From assembly GCA_964443675.1 (NCBI GenBank), contig CAYUDN010000001.1:10862-74861 (forward strand): a stretch of DNA of 64,000 nucleotides, given 5' to 3'. The notes beneath the pieces are model-generated. The model searched no databases. It had not been told where the DNA came from and saw only the letters and a program-made list of their open reading frames with translations. The stretch is from an uncultured Candidatus Saccharibacteria bacterium (GTDB taxonomy: Bacteria > Patescibacteriota > Minisyncoccia > Phycocordibacterales > UBA5272). Numbering within the stretch: position 1 is the first letter of the stretch; each line of letters opens with the position of its first letter. A program made the position numbers and the translations under genes. Shown in pieces: positions 46,800-56,358 of the stretch.

Positions 46800-48095
46800 C
46801 TATTTCTTTCTTCTTAGGAATGGTGGAAGTGCCTCCCAATCATCATCGTCATCTTCATCTTCAAATTTAAAAACAGGTTTTTTTGTAGCTGGAAGAGGTT
46901 GAGTTTTTTTCACATCTTCTATCACTTTAGTTTCTCCTTCTTGAAGTTCGTGATCGATACGTTTGTCTTCTTTTGTTTCCGTGACTGATTCACGAACGGT
47001 TTCTGTTTTTTCTGTGCGAGGTTCTGGTTTTGTATGTTCTTCTCTATAGTGAACTTTTGGTGTAGGAATTTCTTCTTCCTCTTCCTTTTCAATGCGTGAA
47101 GGTGAAGAAAGGGAAGCGCCTGCTTTTAGTTGAGTGTAGCCACTTGGAAAGCCTGTTGCGATAACAGTAACTTTGATTTCATCTTTTTTGAGTGAGGAGT
47201 CTGTAGCGATACCAAAAATAATTTTTGCATCTTTGTCCACTGATTCAGTGATGATCTTCGCAGCTTCTTGTACTTCAAACATTCCAAGATCTTCTGCACC
47301 GTAAATTGCAAAGAGTACTCCTTTTGCTCCATGAATAGATACATCAAGAAGAGGGGAATTAACTGCAGATGTCGCCGCTTCTCTTGCGCGATTTTCTCCC
47401 ATACCACGACCGACACCCATAAGTGCCGTTCCTGAGTCTTTGAGGATTCTCTTGATATCTGCGAAGTCGAGGTTAATTGTTCCTGCGGTTCGGATAATAT
47501 CCGAAATACCTTCAACTGCTTGCTTGAGTACTTCGTCACACATTTCAAATGCTTGCTTAACGGTGGTATTCTTATCAATCACTGATAGAAGTCTATCGTT
47601 AGGAATAACGATGAGTGCGTCGACTTCCTTCTCAAGCTCTTCGAGACCTTTTTCTGCGAGCTTCATGCGAGATGCTCCTTCGAAGAAGAATGGCTTTGTT
47701 ACTACACCGATTGTAAGTATTCCTTCATTCTTTGCAATCGACGCAACAATAGGAGCAGCGCCTGTGCCTGTACCTCCACCCATTCCTCCCGCGATAAACA
47801 CCATGTCAGCCCCTTTGATGACATCTTGAATTTCTTCGCGAGTTTCTTCTGCGGAACGCTTGCCTACTTCTGGATCCATTCCTGCTCCTAGACCTTTGGT
47901 GAGATTTTTTCCAATGTGGATTTTTTTCTCTGCAAGTGAATGATGAAGATCTTGTGTGTCGGTATTCATTGCAACGAACTCAACTCCTTGCAACTTGGAG
48001 TTGATCATGTGATTAAGTGCACCTTTTCCTGATCCTCCAATTCCGATTACTTTAATGCGTGCGAAACTTTCGATTTCTGGGTTTACTTTTGCCAT
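46800..48095 (-). CDS. ftsZ: Cell division GTPase FtsZ
   Basis: 'GIGGSGKGALNHM' and tubulin signature 'FIAGGMGGGTGTGAAP'. It has a long acidic C-terminal linker. Confidence 0.9.
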   Translation of the reverse strand: MAKVNPEIESFARIKVIGIGGSGKGALNHMINSKLQGVEFVAMNTDTQDLHHSLAEKKIHIGKNLTKGLGAGMDPEVGKRSAEETREEIQDVIKGADMVFIAGGMGGGTGTGAAPIVASIAKNEGILTIGVVTKPFFFEGASRMKLAEKGLEELEKEVDALIVIPNDRLLSVIDKNTTVKQAFEMCDEVLKQAVEGISDIIRTAGTINLDFADIKRILKDSGTALMGVGRGMGENRAREAATSAVNSPLLDVSIHGAKGVLFAIYGAEDLGMFEVQEAAKIITESVDKDAKIIFGIATDSSLKKDEIKVTVIATGFPSGYTQLKAGASLSSPSRIEKEEEEEIPTPKVHYREEHTKPEPRTEKTETVRESVTETKEDKRIDHELQEGETKVIEDVKKTQPLPATKKPVFKFEDEDDDDDWEALPPFLRRKK

Positions 48096-48203
48096 AAAGG
48101 GTGTAAGGGGTTACCTGGTTATTAGTACTAGTACTATACCAACTTGGAGACATTTTTGCAAAGGCAATAAAAGTGACTAGAAATAGGAAAAAAGTATTGA
48201 AAA

Positions 48204-49352
48204 TTAAGGCAAAAAACGAACTACCATCTTTTTGACATGAGCAAAAAAAGATGTTACAAGTTCTTTAAGAACATCTTTTTCTGTATCAAATGGTGCAAGG
48301 AAAGTAAGGCCGTAACTTCTTGCCCATCCACTATCACGTAACACATCACCGGTGATGCGTACTAGTTCTCCAGATGCAATCTTTACAGGAAGACGTAGTT
48401 CGTTACGAAATACAAACTCAAGACGTGGTACAAGTGAAGTAGATCCACAGACTACGATCCCTGCTGGAAGAAGTTCTGCACGTTGTATACGAGTGAGTTC
48501 TTTTGTAATTTTTTGGCAAAGGTCTTCTAGTCTTGCTTCGATGATTTCTTCCACCCTTCTTTTTGAGTAAGGAGACAGTGTGCGCCCACATTTTATTTCT
48601 TCTGCTTCTTCGAGGGTGACTTTCATTCCAAGTGCGATATCTTTGGTAATGTCTTCTCCTCCAACAGGGATAGTAGAGACAAGAAGTGGTGTATTTTTTT
48701 CATACACAAGAAGAGAGGTTACCGCTTGTCCAATGTTAACAAGAGCAACGCCTGCAACTTTTTGTTTTTTGGTGAGAAGGGGAATGCTTTCTGCAATTGG
48801 GCCAGCAACAATATCAGTAACACGTACACCGGCCTGGTCGAGGGTTTTTCGGAGTGTGTTCATACACTGTAGTGGGTAGGTCACAAAGAGAGTTCTTGCT
48901 TCAAGTTTGTTGCCACGTACTCCTACGACTGTGCCTTGCACTTTTCCTCCATCAACTTTGTAATCAATAGGGATTGCATGAATAATAGATTTGTTACGAA
49001 CATCAGGAATAGTTCGATTACCGTCTTTGATTGCATTTTCTATATCAAGATCAGTAACAGAAGCATCACCTCTTGAAACCTGTGCATATCCAACAGTATG
49101 ATTCGATGAGAGGCCGATCGCTCCAATAGAGATAAGCGTATGAAGTGTTCCACACCCAGATTCTTCCTCAAGAGAAAGAATAGCATCGGTAATAGCATGA
49201 GCAACTTCCTTTTCATCGGTAATGGTGCCGCGATCCATCCCGTCAAGCGATTTTTTGTAGGTAGCTACTACGACAGGATATTTAGAATCTTCATGTCGAA
49301 TTGCACCGACCGCACGCAAGTTGCCGGATCCTAAGTCTATTCCCACAATCAT
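48204..49352 (-). CDS. ftsA: Cell division protein FtsA (actin-like ATPase)
   Basis: 'MIVGIDLGSGNLRAVG' phosphate-1 motif and an FtsA domain pattern. The start at 49352 is chosen to avoid a 62-nt overlap with ybeY; 49424 (with an AAAGG SD) is an alternative. Confidence 0.8.
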   Translation of the reverse strand: MIVGIDLGSGNLRAVGAIRHEDSKYPVVVATYKKSLDGMDRGTITDEKEVAHAITDAILSLEEESGCGTLHTLISIGAIGLSSNHTVGYAQVSRGDASVTDLDIENAIKDGNRTIPDVRNKSIIHAIPIDYKVDGGKVQGTVVGVRGNKLEARTLFVTYPLQCMNTLRKTLDQAGVRVTDIVAGPIAESIPLLTKKQKVAGVALVNIGQAVTSLLVYEKNTPLLVSTIPVGGEDITKDIALGMKVTLEEAEEIKCGRTLSPYSKRRVEEIIEARLEDLCQKITKELTRIQRAELLPAGIVVCGSTSLVPRLEFVFRNELRLPVKIASGELVRITGDVLRDSGWARSYGLTFLAPFDTEKDVLKELVTSFFAHVKKMVVRFLP

Positions 49353-49362
49353 GTCTTTTCTG

Positions 49363-49761
49363 TTATTTGCCACGGAAAAATTGTTTATGATATTTTGTTT
49401 CCAATGATTCCATTGTACTCCCATGATCGTAACCTTTCAAATGGAGACATCCATGAATAAAAAGAAGATAAAGGAAAGAAAGGTAGGACATGTTGAAATT
49501 CTTTGCGTCGTTGCGTGCAGTTGCAAGAGAAATATAAATTTCTCCTTCTTTTTCGGAAAGAGGAAAAGAAAGAATATTGGTCGGATAGTCTTTTCCTCTG
49601 TAGGCGTTGTTTCGTTCTTTAGACTCTTGAGGTGTACAGAAAATAACAGTCAAGTTGTATCTTGTGCCTAAGATTTTTTCTTTGATAGAAATAAAAGGAA
49701 TTTCTGGAAGTTTCCCATTTTTTCGAATAACGGTAAGGTTGTGTGTTTCGGAGAGTGTCAT
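49363..49761 (-). CDS. ybeY: Endoribonuclease YbeY (rRNA maturation factor)
   Basis: Zinc-binding 'FIHGCLHLKGYDH' (H..H.....H) motif. The alternative start at 49794 would lie inside the hairpin at 49795-49822. Confidence 0.7.
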   Translation of the reverse strand: MTLSETHNLTVIRKNGKLPEIPFISIKEKILGTRYNLTVIFCTPQESKERNNAYRGKDYPTNILSFPLSEKEGEIYISLATARNDAKNFNMSYLSFLYLLFIHGCLHLKGYDHGSTMESLETKYHKQFFRGK

Positions 49762-49826
49762 ACTCTTGTTGTCTTTTTCTAAAGAAGCGCTCACCGGGTT
49801 ACGGTGAGCGCTTCTTGATCGTACTT

Positions 49827-50072
49827 TTAGCGACGCTTCTTTCGCTCAACTACTTTGCCCATACGTTTATCTTCTTCGTACTTTGCGATGTTGGCAAGCT
49901 TCTTTAATTTTGCTCGCTTAGTCTTTAGTACGGAGAGTGGTCGTTCGTTGTAACGAATACCTCGAACACGAGGGAGTACACCTGATTCCTGAACACGCTT
50001 CTGGAAACGGCGGACAAGCGAGAGTGCGTTCTCACTTCCATTTTTCTTGACTTCTACATTTACGTTTGACAT
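49827..50072 (-). CDS. rpsU: 30S ribosomal protein S21
   Basis: Small basic protein with 'ALSLVRRFQKRVQESGVLPRVRGIRYNERP' and a KR-rich tail, the bS21 pattern. The start is ATG 50072 (MSNVNVEV). Confidence 0.75.
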   Translation of the reverse strand: MSNVNVEVKKNGSENALSLVRRFQKRVQESGVLPRVRGIRYNERPLSVLKTKRAKLKKLANIAKYEEDKRMGKVVERKKRR

Positions 50073-50228
50073 ATATAGGCGCAATTATAGCACAAGAGAA
50101 AGCGATTAGCAACTAGTAAAAGTAGCCAAGAATACCTATTGCCTACAGAAAACGGTTATAAAAATATAACCACTTTCGTAACGATAATTTGGTTACTACG
50201 AGTATATAGGTTGCTAAGTTTTTAGAGA

Positions 50229-50256
50229 TTAAAAAAGCTCGCCGGAGTGGCGAGCT
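50229..50256 (-). terminator. Rho-independent terminator of the 50284-50631 gene
   Basis: gctcgcc-ggagt-ggcgagc hairpin followed on the minus strand by TTTTTT. Confidence 0.6.
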
Positions 50257-50283
50257 CCCCCTAGGGAAGTGTTGACTGACCAG

Positions 50284-50631
50284 TTAGTCAACAGGAAGCA
50301 AACTTTTGAAGTAGTCAGATAATGCTGTCCCGAGCGCTTCTGCACCGTTGTCTCGTGCATAGTCCCACAGATCAACAAAAGTGCTATTAGTCTTGATGCG
50401 GATGAGTCTGGCATACAGGTCGTTAAAGACGAATGGAATCATCCCGGAGCCATGTCCGTGGTCGGTAAGAGGTTTTGAATTCCGTAGAAGAGTTTCTGCC
50501 TCTTTGATACTCATTACATGACCAGGTCGCTCTCCAATACGACCAAGCGAACATGCTGTTGCATTATTATATAGTGCAGCAAGCAGATTTGGTCGTGACT
50601 TGAAAGGGACATTAAAAACTAGTCTGTGCAT
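50284..50631 (-). CDS. Orphan hypothetical protein (115 aa) with its own consensus promoter and terminator
   Basis: An AAGGAG SD sits 6 nt upstream of the ATG at 50631. Protein MHRLVFNVPFKSRPNLL...HGHGSGMIPFVFNDLY...; no family recognised. Moderately G+C-enriched. Confidence 0.5.
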   Translation of the reverse strand: MHRLVFNVPFKSRPNLLAALYNNATACSLGRIGERPGHVMSIKEAETLLRNSKPLTDHGHGSGMIPFVFNDLYARLIRIKTNSTFVDLWDYARDNGAEALGTALSDYFKSLLPVD

Positions 50632-50682
50632 GACATGCTCCTTGCAAATATCTAACACTGCAGTGGGTCAGACGCAGGACTT

Positions 50683-50711
50683 ACTATACTATAATACTGT
50701 ATACATGTCAA
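50683..50711 (-). promoter_or_regulatory. Sigma70-type promoter TTGACA-N17-TATAGT (minus strand)
   Basis: -35 at 50706-50711 and -10 at 50683-50688, both read as reverse complements. It drives the orphan gene. Confidence 0.45.
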
Positions 50712-50908
50712 CAACTTTTTTTGGGGTGGATAATTTGGTTTTGGTGCTAGCCTTTACACAGGTCACTATCAAGCTTTTCATGAGAAAAAGCTCACCGCAG
50801 GCTGACGAGCCGAGGTGGAGGAAAATTTTTAGCAAAAAATTATTCCGTCTTTTTCGATGAAAAGCTTAAAAAAGAAAACTTTATTGAAAAAATGGCCTGT
50901 AGTATCAA

Positions 50909-52216
50909 TTACTTCAAATGCTTAATATAATCCGTAAGCGCATCAATCTTTACTGTATCTTGCGAACGTGTTGCCATTGTTCGTACAATCACTGTATTGT
51001 CCATTGCTTCTTTTTGGCCGAAGATGATTACATAAGGAACGTCCATCTTTTCTGCTTGAGAAAGTTGTGTTGCGAGGGAGTCTTTTGAAATTGATTGATA
51101 CACAGGAATGCGGTTCTTACGAAGTGTTTCCATAATGCAGAGACTCTTTAGTTTTGCTTCAAAACCAAGTTGAATGAAGTACACTTTAGGGGTCTTCATA
51201 ATGCGAGGACTAAGAGACTTACATTCAGGGAACATCATGATGCGTTCCATGCTAAGTCCTGTACCTACTGCGTGTACATCTTTTTTGCTCCCCATCATTT
51301 TTGCGAGATTATCATAACGACCTCCTCCAGTAATAGTTATTTCTTTTTCTTTACCATTTTCGTCAACATCAACTTTTATTACTTCGAAAACAGTTCTTGT
51401 GTAGTAACTTTGACCACGAACAAGTGCGTTGTTAACTCGATACGGAATACCCATTTCTTCGAGATATTGGAGTACTTCTTTGAAGTGTGTGCGAGCATCA
51501 TTAGAAAGATAGGAAAGAGAAGAAGGTGCACCTTCTTTATACGGCTGACAACTTTCTTGTTTGCAATCAAGAAGACGAAGAGGATTATTTTTGAGTCGCT
51601 CTACACAATCCTTACAAAGAGAGTCGATGTGTTTTTTGTAATAATTGGTGAGGTCTTTTATAAATGCGGGACGGGTTTCTTTGTCTCCCATGGAGTTAAG
51701 ATCAACAATAAGATCTTTGAAGCCGTACTCTTCAAGTATTGTGGTGAGTGTTCGAATGATAAGCGCATCAGCAATAGATTTGCTTGTTCCGAGAATTTCC
51801 ATATTAAATTGACGGAACTGTCGCCAACGTCCACGTTGTGGTTTGTCATGACGGAATGTTTGACCATAGGAGTAGAGCATTACTGGCTGAGGAAGTGTTT
51901 GCATGCCGTGTTCAAGATATGCACGCATCACACTTGCGGTGTATTCTGGACGAAGTGCAAGTTTGTCACCTCCTTTTGTTCGAAGTGTGTACATTTCTTT
52001 ATCGATAATATCCGTACCTTCACCAATTGCAGACACGAATACTTCTTCATGTTCAAGAACAGGGGTTTCGATCGGCTTGAACCCATAGTACACCGCAACC
52101 TCTTGAGCTTTTTCAAAGAGACCCTGGAAAGAGTAATAGGTGTCTCCTATAAGATCATCCATTCCTTTGAGAGAGGTTGGGGTTTCTTTTTTTGGTTGTT
52201 TTTCATTTTCATTCAT
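50909..52216 (-). CDS. hisS: Histidine--tRNA ligase
   Basis: Class II aaRS motifs ('LRPEYTASVMRAY', 'FRHDKPQRGRWRQFRQFNMEILG', 'GGGRYD') and a C-terminal anticodon-binding domain. Confidence 0.9.
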   Translation of the reverse strand: MNENEKQPKKETPTSLKGMDDLIGDTYYSFQGLFEKAQEVAVYYGFKPIETPVLEHEEVFVSAIGEGTDIIDKEMYTLRTKGGDKLALRPEYTASVMRAYLEHGMQTLPQPVMLYSYGQTFRHDKPQRGRWRQFRQFNMEILGTSKSIADALIIRTLTTILEEYGFKDLIVDLNSMGDKETRPAFIKDLTNYYKKHIDSLCKDCVERLKNNPLRLLDCKQESCQPYKEGAPSSLSYLSNDARTHFKEVLQYLEEMGIPYRVNNALVRGQSYYTRTVFEVIKVDVDENGKEKEITITGGGRYDNLAKMMGSKKDVHAVGTGLSMERIMMFPECKSLSPRIMKTPKVYFIQLGFEAKLKSLCIMETLRKNRIPVYQSISKDSLATQLSQAEKMDVPYVIIFGQKEAMDNTVIVRTMATRSQDTVKIDALTDYIKHLK

Positions 52217-52257
52217 ACTAGTGTGGTGAAGGCTATGTAATATACTATTACGTGATG

Positions 52258-52986
52258 TTATTTACTAAAGGTGTACTTGCCTGGTTCATACCCGATTTGT
52301 TTGAAGGGGTAGATACGGAAAAGCACTTGTCCTCGTATGTGTAGTTGATCAAGCGCGCCCCAATCTCGACTATCATAACTTTGTGCGCGGTTGTCTCCCA
52401 TCACAAAATAGTGGTGATCGTCTAAAGTAATGTCGACATCTTTATTTTCATCTTTGTAGATCACATAAGGTTCATCAAGGATAAAGCCTTCTCGATTATC
52501 AACATTGTAAATAGTGGTGACACCGTTATGAACTACTACTCTCTCCCCAGGAAGCCCAATTACTCGCTTAATGAGATGCTTCCCTTCATAGGGGTTATTG
52601 TTGTTTTCATAGAGTTTAAAAATCATAACATCTCCACGTTCTGGTTTTACAAGATGGTAGCTAAGTTTGTCCACAAGAAGAAAATCTTGATTGTGGTAGG
52701 TATTAAGCATTGATGCTCCATCAACAATGAATGGTTGAATCAAGAATCCTTGTACAAGCTTCACTAAAATAATGATACCAATAATCCAAAGAAGAAGTGA
52801 TGCAGGAGCTTCATCTTCTTCGAGAAGTTTGATACGCACAAGGAGGTCGCGCATTCGTGGAGAAAGAATGGCAATACTTAGACAAATAATAATGAGCGTA
52901 AGAATTCCAAAGATAGTTATCGAAACTGGATTTTGTGTCATGTCTGAAATGGAATTCAAGACAACATCAGTGATAGAAGAAAACAT
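52258..52986 (-). CDS. lepB: Signal peptidase I
   Basis: N-terminal TM, catalytic Ser box 'IVDGASMLNTY', Lys box 'KRVIGLPGE' and 'GDNRAQSYDSRDWG'. Confidence 0.85.
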   Translation of the reverse strand: MFSSITDVVLNSISDMTQNPVSITIFGILTLIIICLSIAILSPRMRDLLVRIKLLEEDEAPASLLLWIIGIIILVKLVQGFLIQPFIVDGASMLNTYHNQDFLLVDKLSYHLVKPERGDVMIFKLYENNNNPYEGKHLIKRVIGLPGERVVVHNGVTTIYNVDNREGFILDEPYVIYKDENKDVDITLDDHHYFVMGDNRAQSYDSRDWGALDQLHIRGQVLFRIYPFKQIGYEPGKYTFSK

Positions 52987-53155
52987 TGTGACTCTCAGTA
53001 TATAGATTCATAATGAGTTGCGCAACTTTTTGGAATACAATGATGGTCACTGTCTTGTGCGATACGGTGCGCGACGCCTACGGCGTCGCGCACACCTCTT
53101 TACTCATCATCTTTTGCACCCCATTTTTCATATATATTCATGCTACACTTACTGT

Positions 53156-53689
53156 ATGTACACACTTGTTCCGCTCGGTAATCCTGGGAGTAGATATGCT
53201 CACACTCGTCACAATGTTGCTCGAGTGTTGCTTGCGATGATCAAAGATGAAGTGATGAATCTTCCGTCTTGTGAGATTATGACGCCGTCAACATTTATGA
53301 ATGAAAGTGGTCTTGCAGTGAAAGAATACCTTCGTTATCACGAAGGGAGAGAGTTGATTGTGATGTATGATGACAAAGATTTACCATATGGAACTTTTCG
53401 TATTTCGTATGATAGAGGAGATGGTGGGCACAACGGAGTAAAGAGTATTATCGATACACTTGGCACCAAAGAGTTCATCCGTATTCGTATCGGTATTGCC
53501 CCAAAAGATGTTGATGGTAAAGAAGTAAAAGCACCTCACGGCACCCTTGTGCACAAATATGTACTTGATCCTATTTTGGAAGAGGAGGAGGAATTGTTGC
53601 GAACGATCGCATCTCGAGTGCTCGGCGCACTCCAAACGATCGTCAAAGATGGTTACATAAAAGCCATGGAGGTGTATAATGGAAAGTAA
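53156..53689 (+). CDS. pth: Peptidyl-tRNA hydrolase
   Basis: 'LVPLGNPGSRYAHTRHNVARVLL' is the Pth signature. The start is moved to ATG 53156; the track's extra 46 aa upstream are unlikely to be coding. Confidence 0.85.
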   Translation: MYTLVPLGNPGSRYAHTRHNVARVLLAMIKDEVMNLPSCEIMTPSTFMNESGLAVKEYLRYHEGRELIVMYDDKDLPYGTFRISYDRGDGGHNGVKSIIDTLGTKEFIRIRIGIAPKDVDGKEVKAPHGTLVHKYVLDPILEEEEELLRTIASRVLGALQTIVKDGYIKAMEVYNGK

Positions 53690-53709
53690 TTAACTTAAAA
53701 GAACTATAT

Positions 53710-54603
53710 ATGCCACCGTCATCAGACAAAAGAATTATCAATCCAAATCCACAAGAAGTTAAAGGGGTAGATCCTGTACCCCAGGTGGTTCATTCGCGTA
53801 TTGAGATTCCTGATCTTCATCCAGTGTTTCAACAGGCATATGAGCGTGCGGTGGCTATTTTTAGTGAACGTATACAAATGGATCTTTTTACGGACAGGCG
53901 TTCGTATATCACGGATGTTGCTCGTGTTAATGAGAGATTAAAACAAATTTCCAACGAATGTAAAAGTGGCGGACCAGACAGACAGATGGCGTACGTGCAA
54001 TCAGATGTATTTGAGGCAATGCTGTTTGATTATGTTTCAGTTGGAAAGTGGTTTGGTGATAAAGTTACCGGAATATTACCATCAATCTACGATGATCTTT
54101 TTAATGGTGTTGATCTTATTTTGGAACAGGATCTTGGTCCTGGAGCATTCTCGTATGCTGCGCTTGCAATTGATGCTACATTTAGCTCAGAAGGTGCAGT
54201 TAAAAAAATTGCTAAAGATAAAGCTTTCATTGCAGAAGGAAGATTGAGTCGTATTAAATATTTTTCTTCAGAACAAGCTAATTTTAGGGGGAACGTTGAC
54301 CAGATACCTCATTTTGTTGTTGGTGTGGATCGCCCTACACTATTTTCTTCGGCCCTTGAATACGTTCAAAAAGGTCCTGAAGAGAAGGGTTGTGCTTCAC
54401 TACGTCGATTGGTTCTTGAACAAATATGCAAACAAGCTATTTACTACAACAAACTTCTTTCTGAAAAAGGGTTTGTTGATGAAGCCTTTCAGTATGAAAG
54501 AGTTTTGTCAGTACTTAAACCTGTTCTTGATTCACTTCCACCAATTGATGCAAGGTATGCCAGTGATCAGGTGCATGCACTTATTATGCAAAACCTAAGA
54601 TAG
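53710..54603 (+). CDS. Hypothetical protein (297 aa)
   Basis: Long ORF with ordinary codon usage. No motif recognised. Confidence 0.5.
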   Translation: MPPSSDKRIINPNPQEVKGVDPVPQVVHSRIEIPDLHPVFQQAYERAVAIFSERIQMDLFTDRRSYITDVARVNERLKQISNECKSGGPDRQMAYVQSDVFEAMLFDYVSVGKWFGDKVTGILPSIYDDLFNGVDLILEQDLGPGAFSYAALAIDATFSSEGAVKKIAKDKAFIAEGRLSRIKYFSSEQANFRGNVDQIPHFVVGVDRPTLFSSALEYVQKGPEEKGCASLRRLVLEQICKQAIYYNKLLSEKGFVDEAFQYERVLSVLKPVLDSLPPIDARYASDQVHALIMQNLR

Positions 54604-54621
54604 TTTTAAGTCACTGAACAA

Positions 54622-54668
54622 AAAACAAAGAGCGGGACGCCGAAGGCGTCCCGCTCTTATCTTATTTG
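54622..54668. terminator. Bidirectional intrinsic terminator (aagagcgggacgcc-gaa-ggcgtcccgctctt)
   Basis: 14-bp GC stem with a GAA loop and T-runs on both strands. It lies between convergent genes. Confidence 0.6.
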
Positions 54669-54696
54669 CTTATCGCTCACTGCAATCTGCTCTTCT

Positions 54697-55779
54697 TTAC
54701 GCCTTCTTCTCTCCAAACGAAAGTGTCATGCGTTCTTCTTGTGCGTCGAAGAGAGTGATCGCGAACTTGTAACTCTTTCCAAGAGAAAGGGTGTCACGAA
54801 GCTTTGCTTCATCACCAAATTCAGATACATGTACAAGTCCCGCAACTCCTTCTTCAATAGAAACGAGTGCGCCGTGCTTGTTGAACTTGATCACGACACC
54901 TTGTACTTCATCACCCTTTTTATACTTCTTCGCAGCTTCTTTCCAAGGATTCTCCTTGAGCGCCTTAAGAGAAAGGGAGATCTTGTTGTCCTTCACTTCG
55001 ATTACCTTAGCGCGAACCTTATCACCAACACGAGCGTGAGCCTTAGTGTCTTCTACGAGACCCCAATCAATTTCACTCTTGTGAACGAGTCCTTCAACGC
55101 CGTCGTTTAGCTTCACGAAGATACCGAACTCAACTACACCGGTTACAGTTCCTTCTACTTCGTCACCAACACTGTAGGTGCCAAGAGAAACTTCTTTAAC
55201 TTCCTTGTGAGATCCTCCACCATCCTTGTCTGAGAAAGTAAGTTTGCCTGCCTTAGGAATAGCAGAAATGATAGTAACGGAAATACGCTTACCGATAAGC
55301 TTCTTGAGTTCACGAAGAATCTTATCCTTGTCACCATCTTCAATACGTGGATATTTGTCTTCCTTAAGTTGTGAAGCAGGAAGGAATCCAGACATACCTT
55401 GCCATTCGATGATAAGGCCACCTTTGTTAGCGTCTTTGACCACAAGGTCCATAATACGCTTTTCTTTAATTGCTTGTTCTGCATCATTCCACATGAGTGC
55501 CTGACGAGCTTCTTTAAGAGAAAGTTCGACATAGCCATTCTTGTTCTCACGAAGTACAATCTTTGCAGAGATAGTGTCACCAATATTGATACGTTTGATT
55601 ACGTCACGTGCATTCATGAACTCGATACCATAAATGATACCGGTTCCTGCGATACCAAGGTCAACATAGAGTGCTGACTTCTCGATCGCAACGATGATAC
55701 CTTCTACGATATCTTCTTCTTTAAATATAACTGCATCTTTAGCAAAAGGTGCAATCACTTCTGTAGTAGTTGTTGTCAT
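54697..55779 (-). CDS. rpsA: 30S ribosomal protein S1 (four S1 domains)
   Basis: Repeated S1 motifs ('GDEVEGTVTGVVEFGIFVKL', 'DGVEGLVHKSEI', 'GLVHVSEF'). The start is moved to ATG 55779 (MTTTTTEV). Confidence 0.8.
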   Translation of the reverse strand: MTTTTTEVIAPFAKDAVIFKEEDIVEGIIVAIEKSALYVDLGIAGTGIIYGIEFMNARDVIKRINIGDTISAKIVLRENKNGYVELSLKEARQALMWNDAEQAIKEKRIMDLVVKDANKGGLIIEWQGMSGFLPASQLKEDKYPRIEDGDKDKILRELKKLIGKRISVTIISAIPKAGKLTFSDKDGGGSHKEVKEVSLGTYSVGDEVEGTVTGVVEFGIFVKLNDGVEGLVHKSEIDWGLVEDTKAHARVGDKVRAKVIEVKDNKISLSLKALKENPWKEAAKKYKKGDEVQGVVIKFNKHGALVSIEEGVAGLVHVSEFGDEAKLRDTLSLGKSYKFAITLFDAQEERMTLSFGEKKA

Positions 55780-56012
55780 AAAAATAATAATGCTCCAACA
55801 CGAAAGTGGGGGAGCTGCCACATCGGTCTGGTTTCTTACGAGCACTATCACTAAGCGGATAGATCTTTCGAAAGGGTTACGCCAGAACGGTATCTATTAA
55901 ATAGATGGTTGCTATTCTACAATACAAACGTTTCTAATGCAAGAATTGTGAGTAGTAGCTGGAGGGTAAAAAGTAGAAAGAGATGCGAAGGAGGAAGAGA
56001 AGAGGAGAACGG

Positions 56013-56041
56013 TGAGGAACTGAAAAAGCCACAACAGGTGT
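56013..56041. terminator. Bidirectional terminator hairpin aaagccaca-acag-gtgtggcttt
   Basis: T-run on the plus strand (TTTTG) and T-run on the minus strand. It likely ends the minus-strand transcript of the 56170-56358 gene. Confidence 0.5.
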
Positions 56042-56169
56042 GGCTTTTGTCAGGATATGACCTGACCCCGGCTAAGCGGGCTTACACAATCGAGCAACAA
56101 AGATCGGTTACTCAAAACTGTGCGTACTGATGTCTTACTTCTTCAGTATCCTATGGGGTGGCATGCTGT

Positions 56170-56358
56170 TTAGTTGATGCCGTACTCCTTCAGAAGTTGG
56201 TTGATTTCCTCGTCGTCATTGTATCCAATATCCTCTTTGATAAGAGGGTCCAGATACGTATCGAACGAGAACGGTTGTCCAGGTGGAATTTCTTCCACTC
56301 TGGTCACTACTCCCCGGAAGGGGAATGCCCTCATGTGGGCGTCGACTGATATGATCAT
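56170..56358 (-). CDS. Small acidic hypothetical protein (62 aa)
   Basis: An AAAGGA SD sits 5 nt before the ATG. Protein MIISVDAHMRAFPFRGVVTRVEEIPPGQPFSFDTYLDPLIKEDIGYNDDEEINQLLKEYGIN. A promoter-like TATACT and a 5' UTR hairpin gtgagac/gtctcac lie upstream. Confidence 0.4.
   Translation of the reverse strand: MIISVDAHMRAFPFRGVVTRVEEIPPGQPFSFDTYLDPLIKEDIGYNDDEEINQLLKEYGIN

Noticed and set aside
50600-50860. 86-aa +strand ORF
   Set aside because: It overlaps the promoter and 5' end of the minus-strand orphan gene and has no SD. It is more likely non-coding promoter DNA.
51170-52240. 356-aa +strand ORF
   Set aside because: It lies entirely antisense to hisS, whose product has unmistakable class II aaRS motifs. 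Its translated sequence is low-complexity and Phe/Ile-rich. It is an artefact of AT-rich antisense reading.
55909-56130. 73-aa +strand ORF in the rpsA upstream region
   Set aside because: It spans a bidirectional terminator hairpin (56013-56041) and has no RBS. The region is more plausibly a non-coding leader/terminator.
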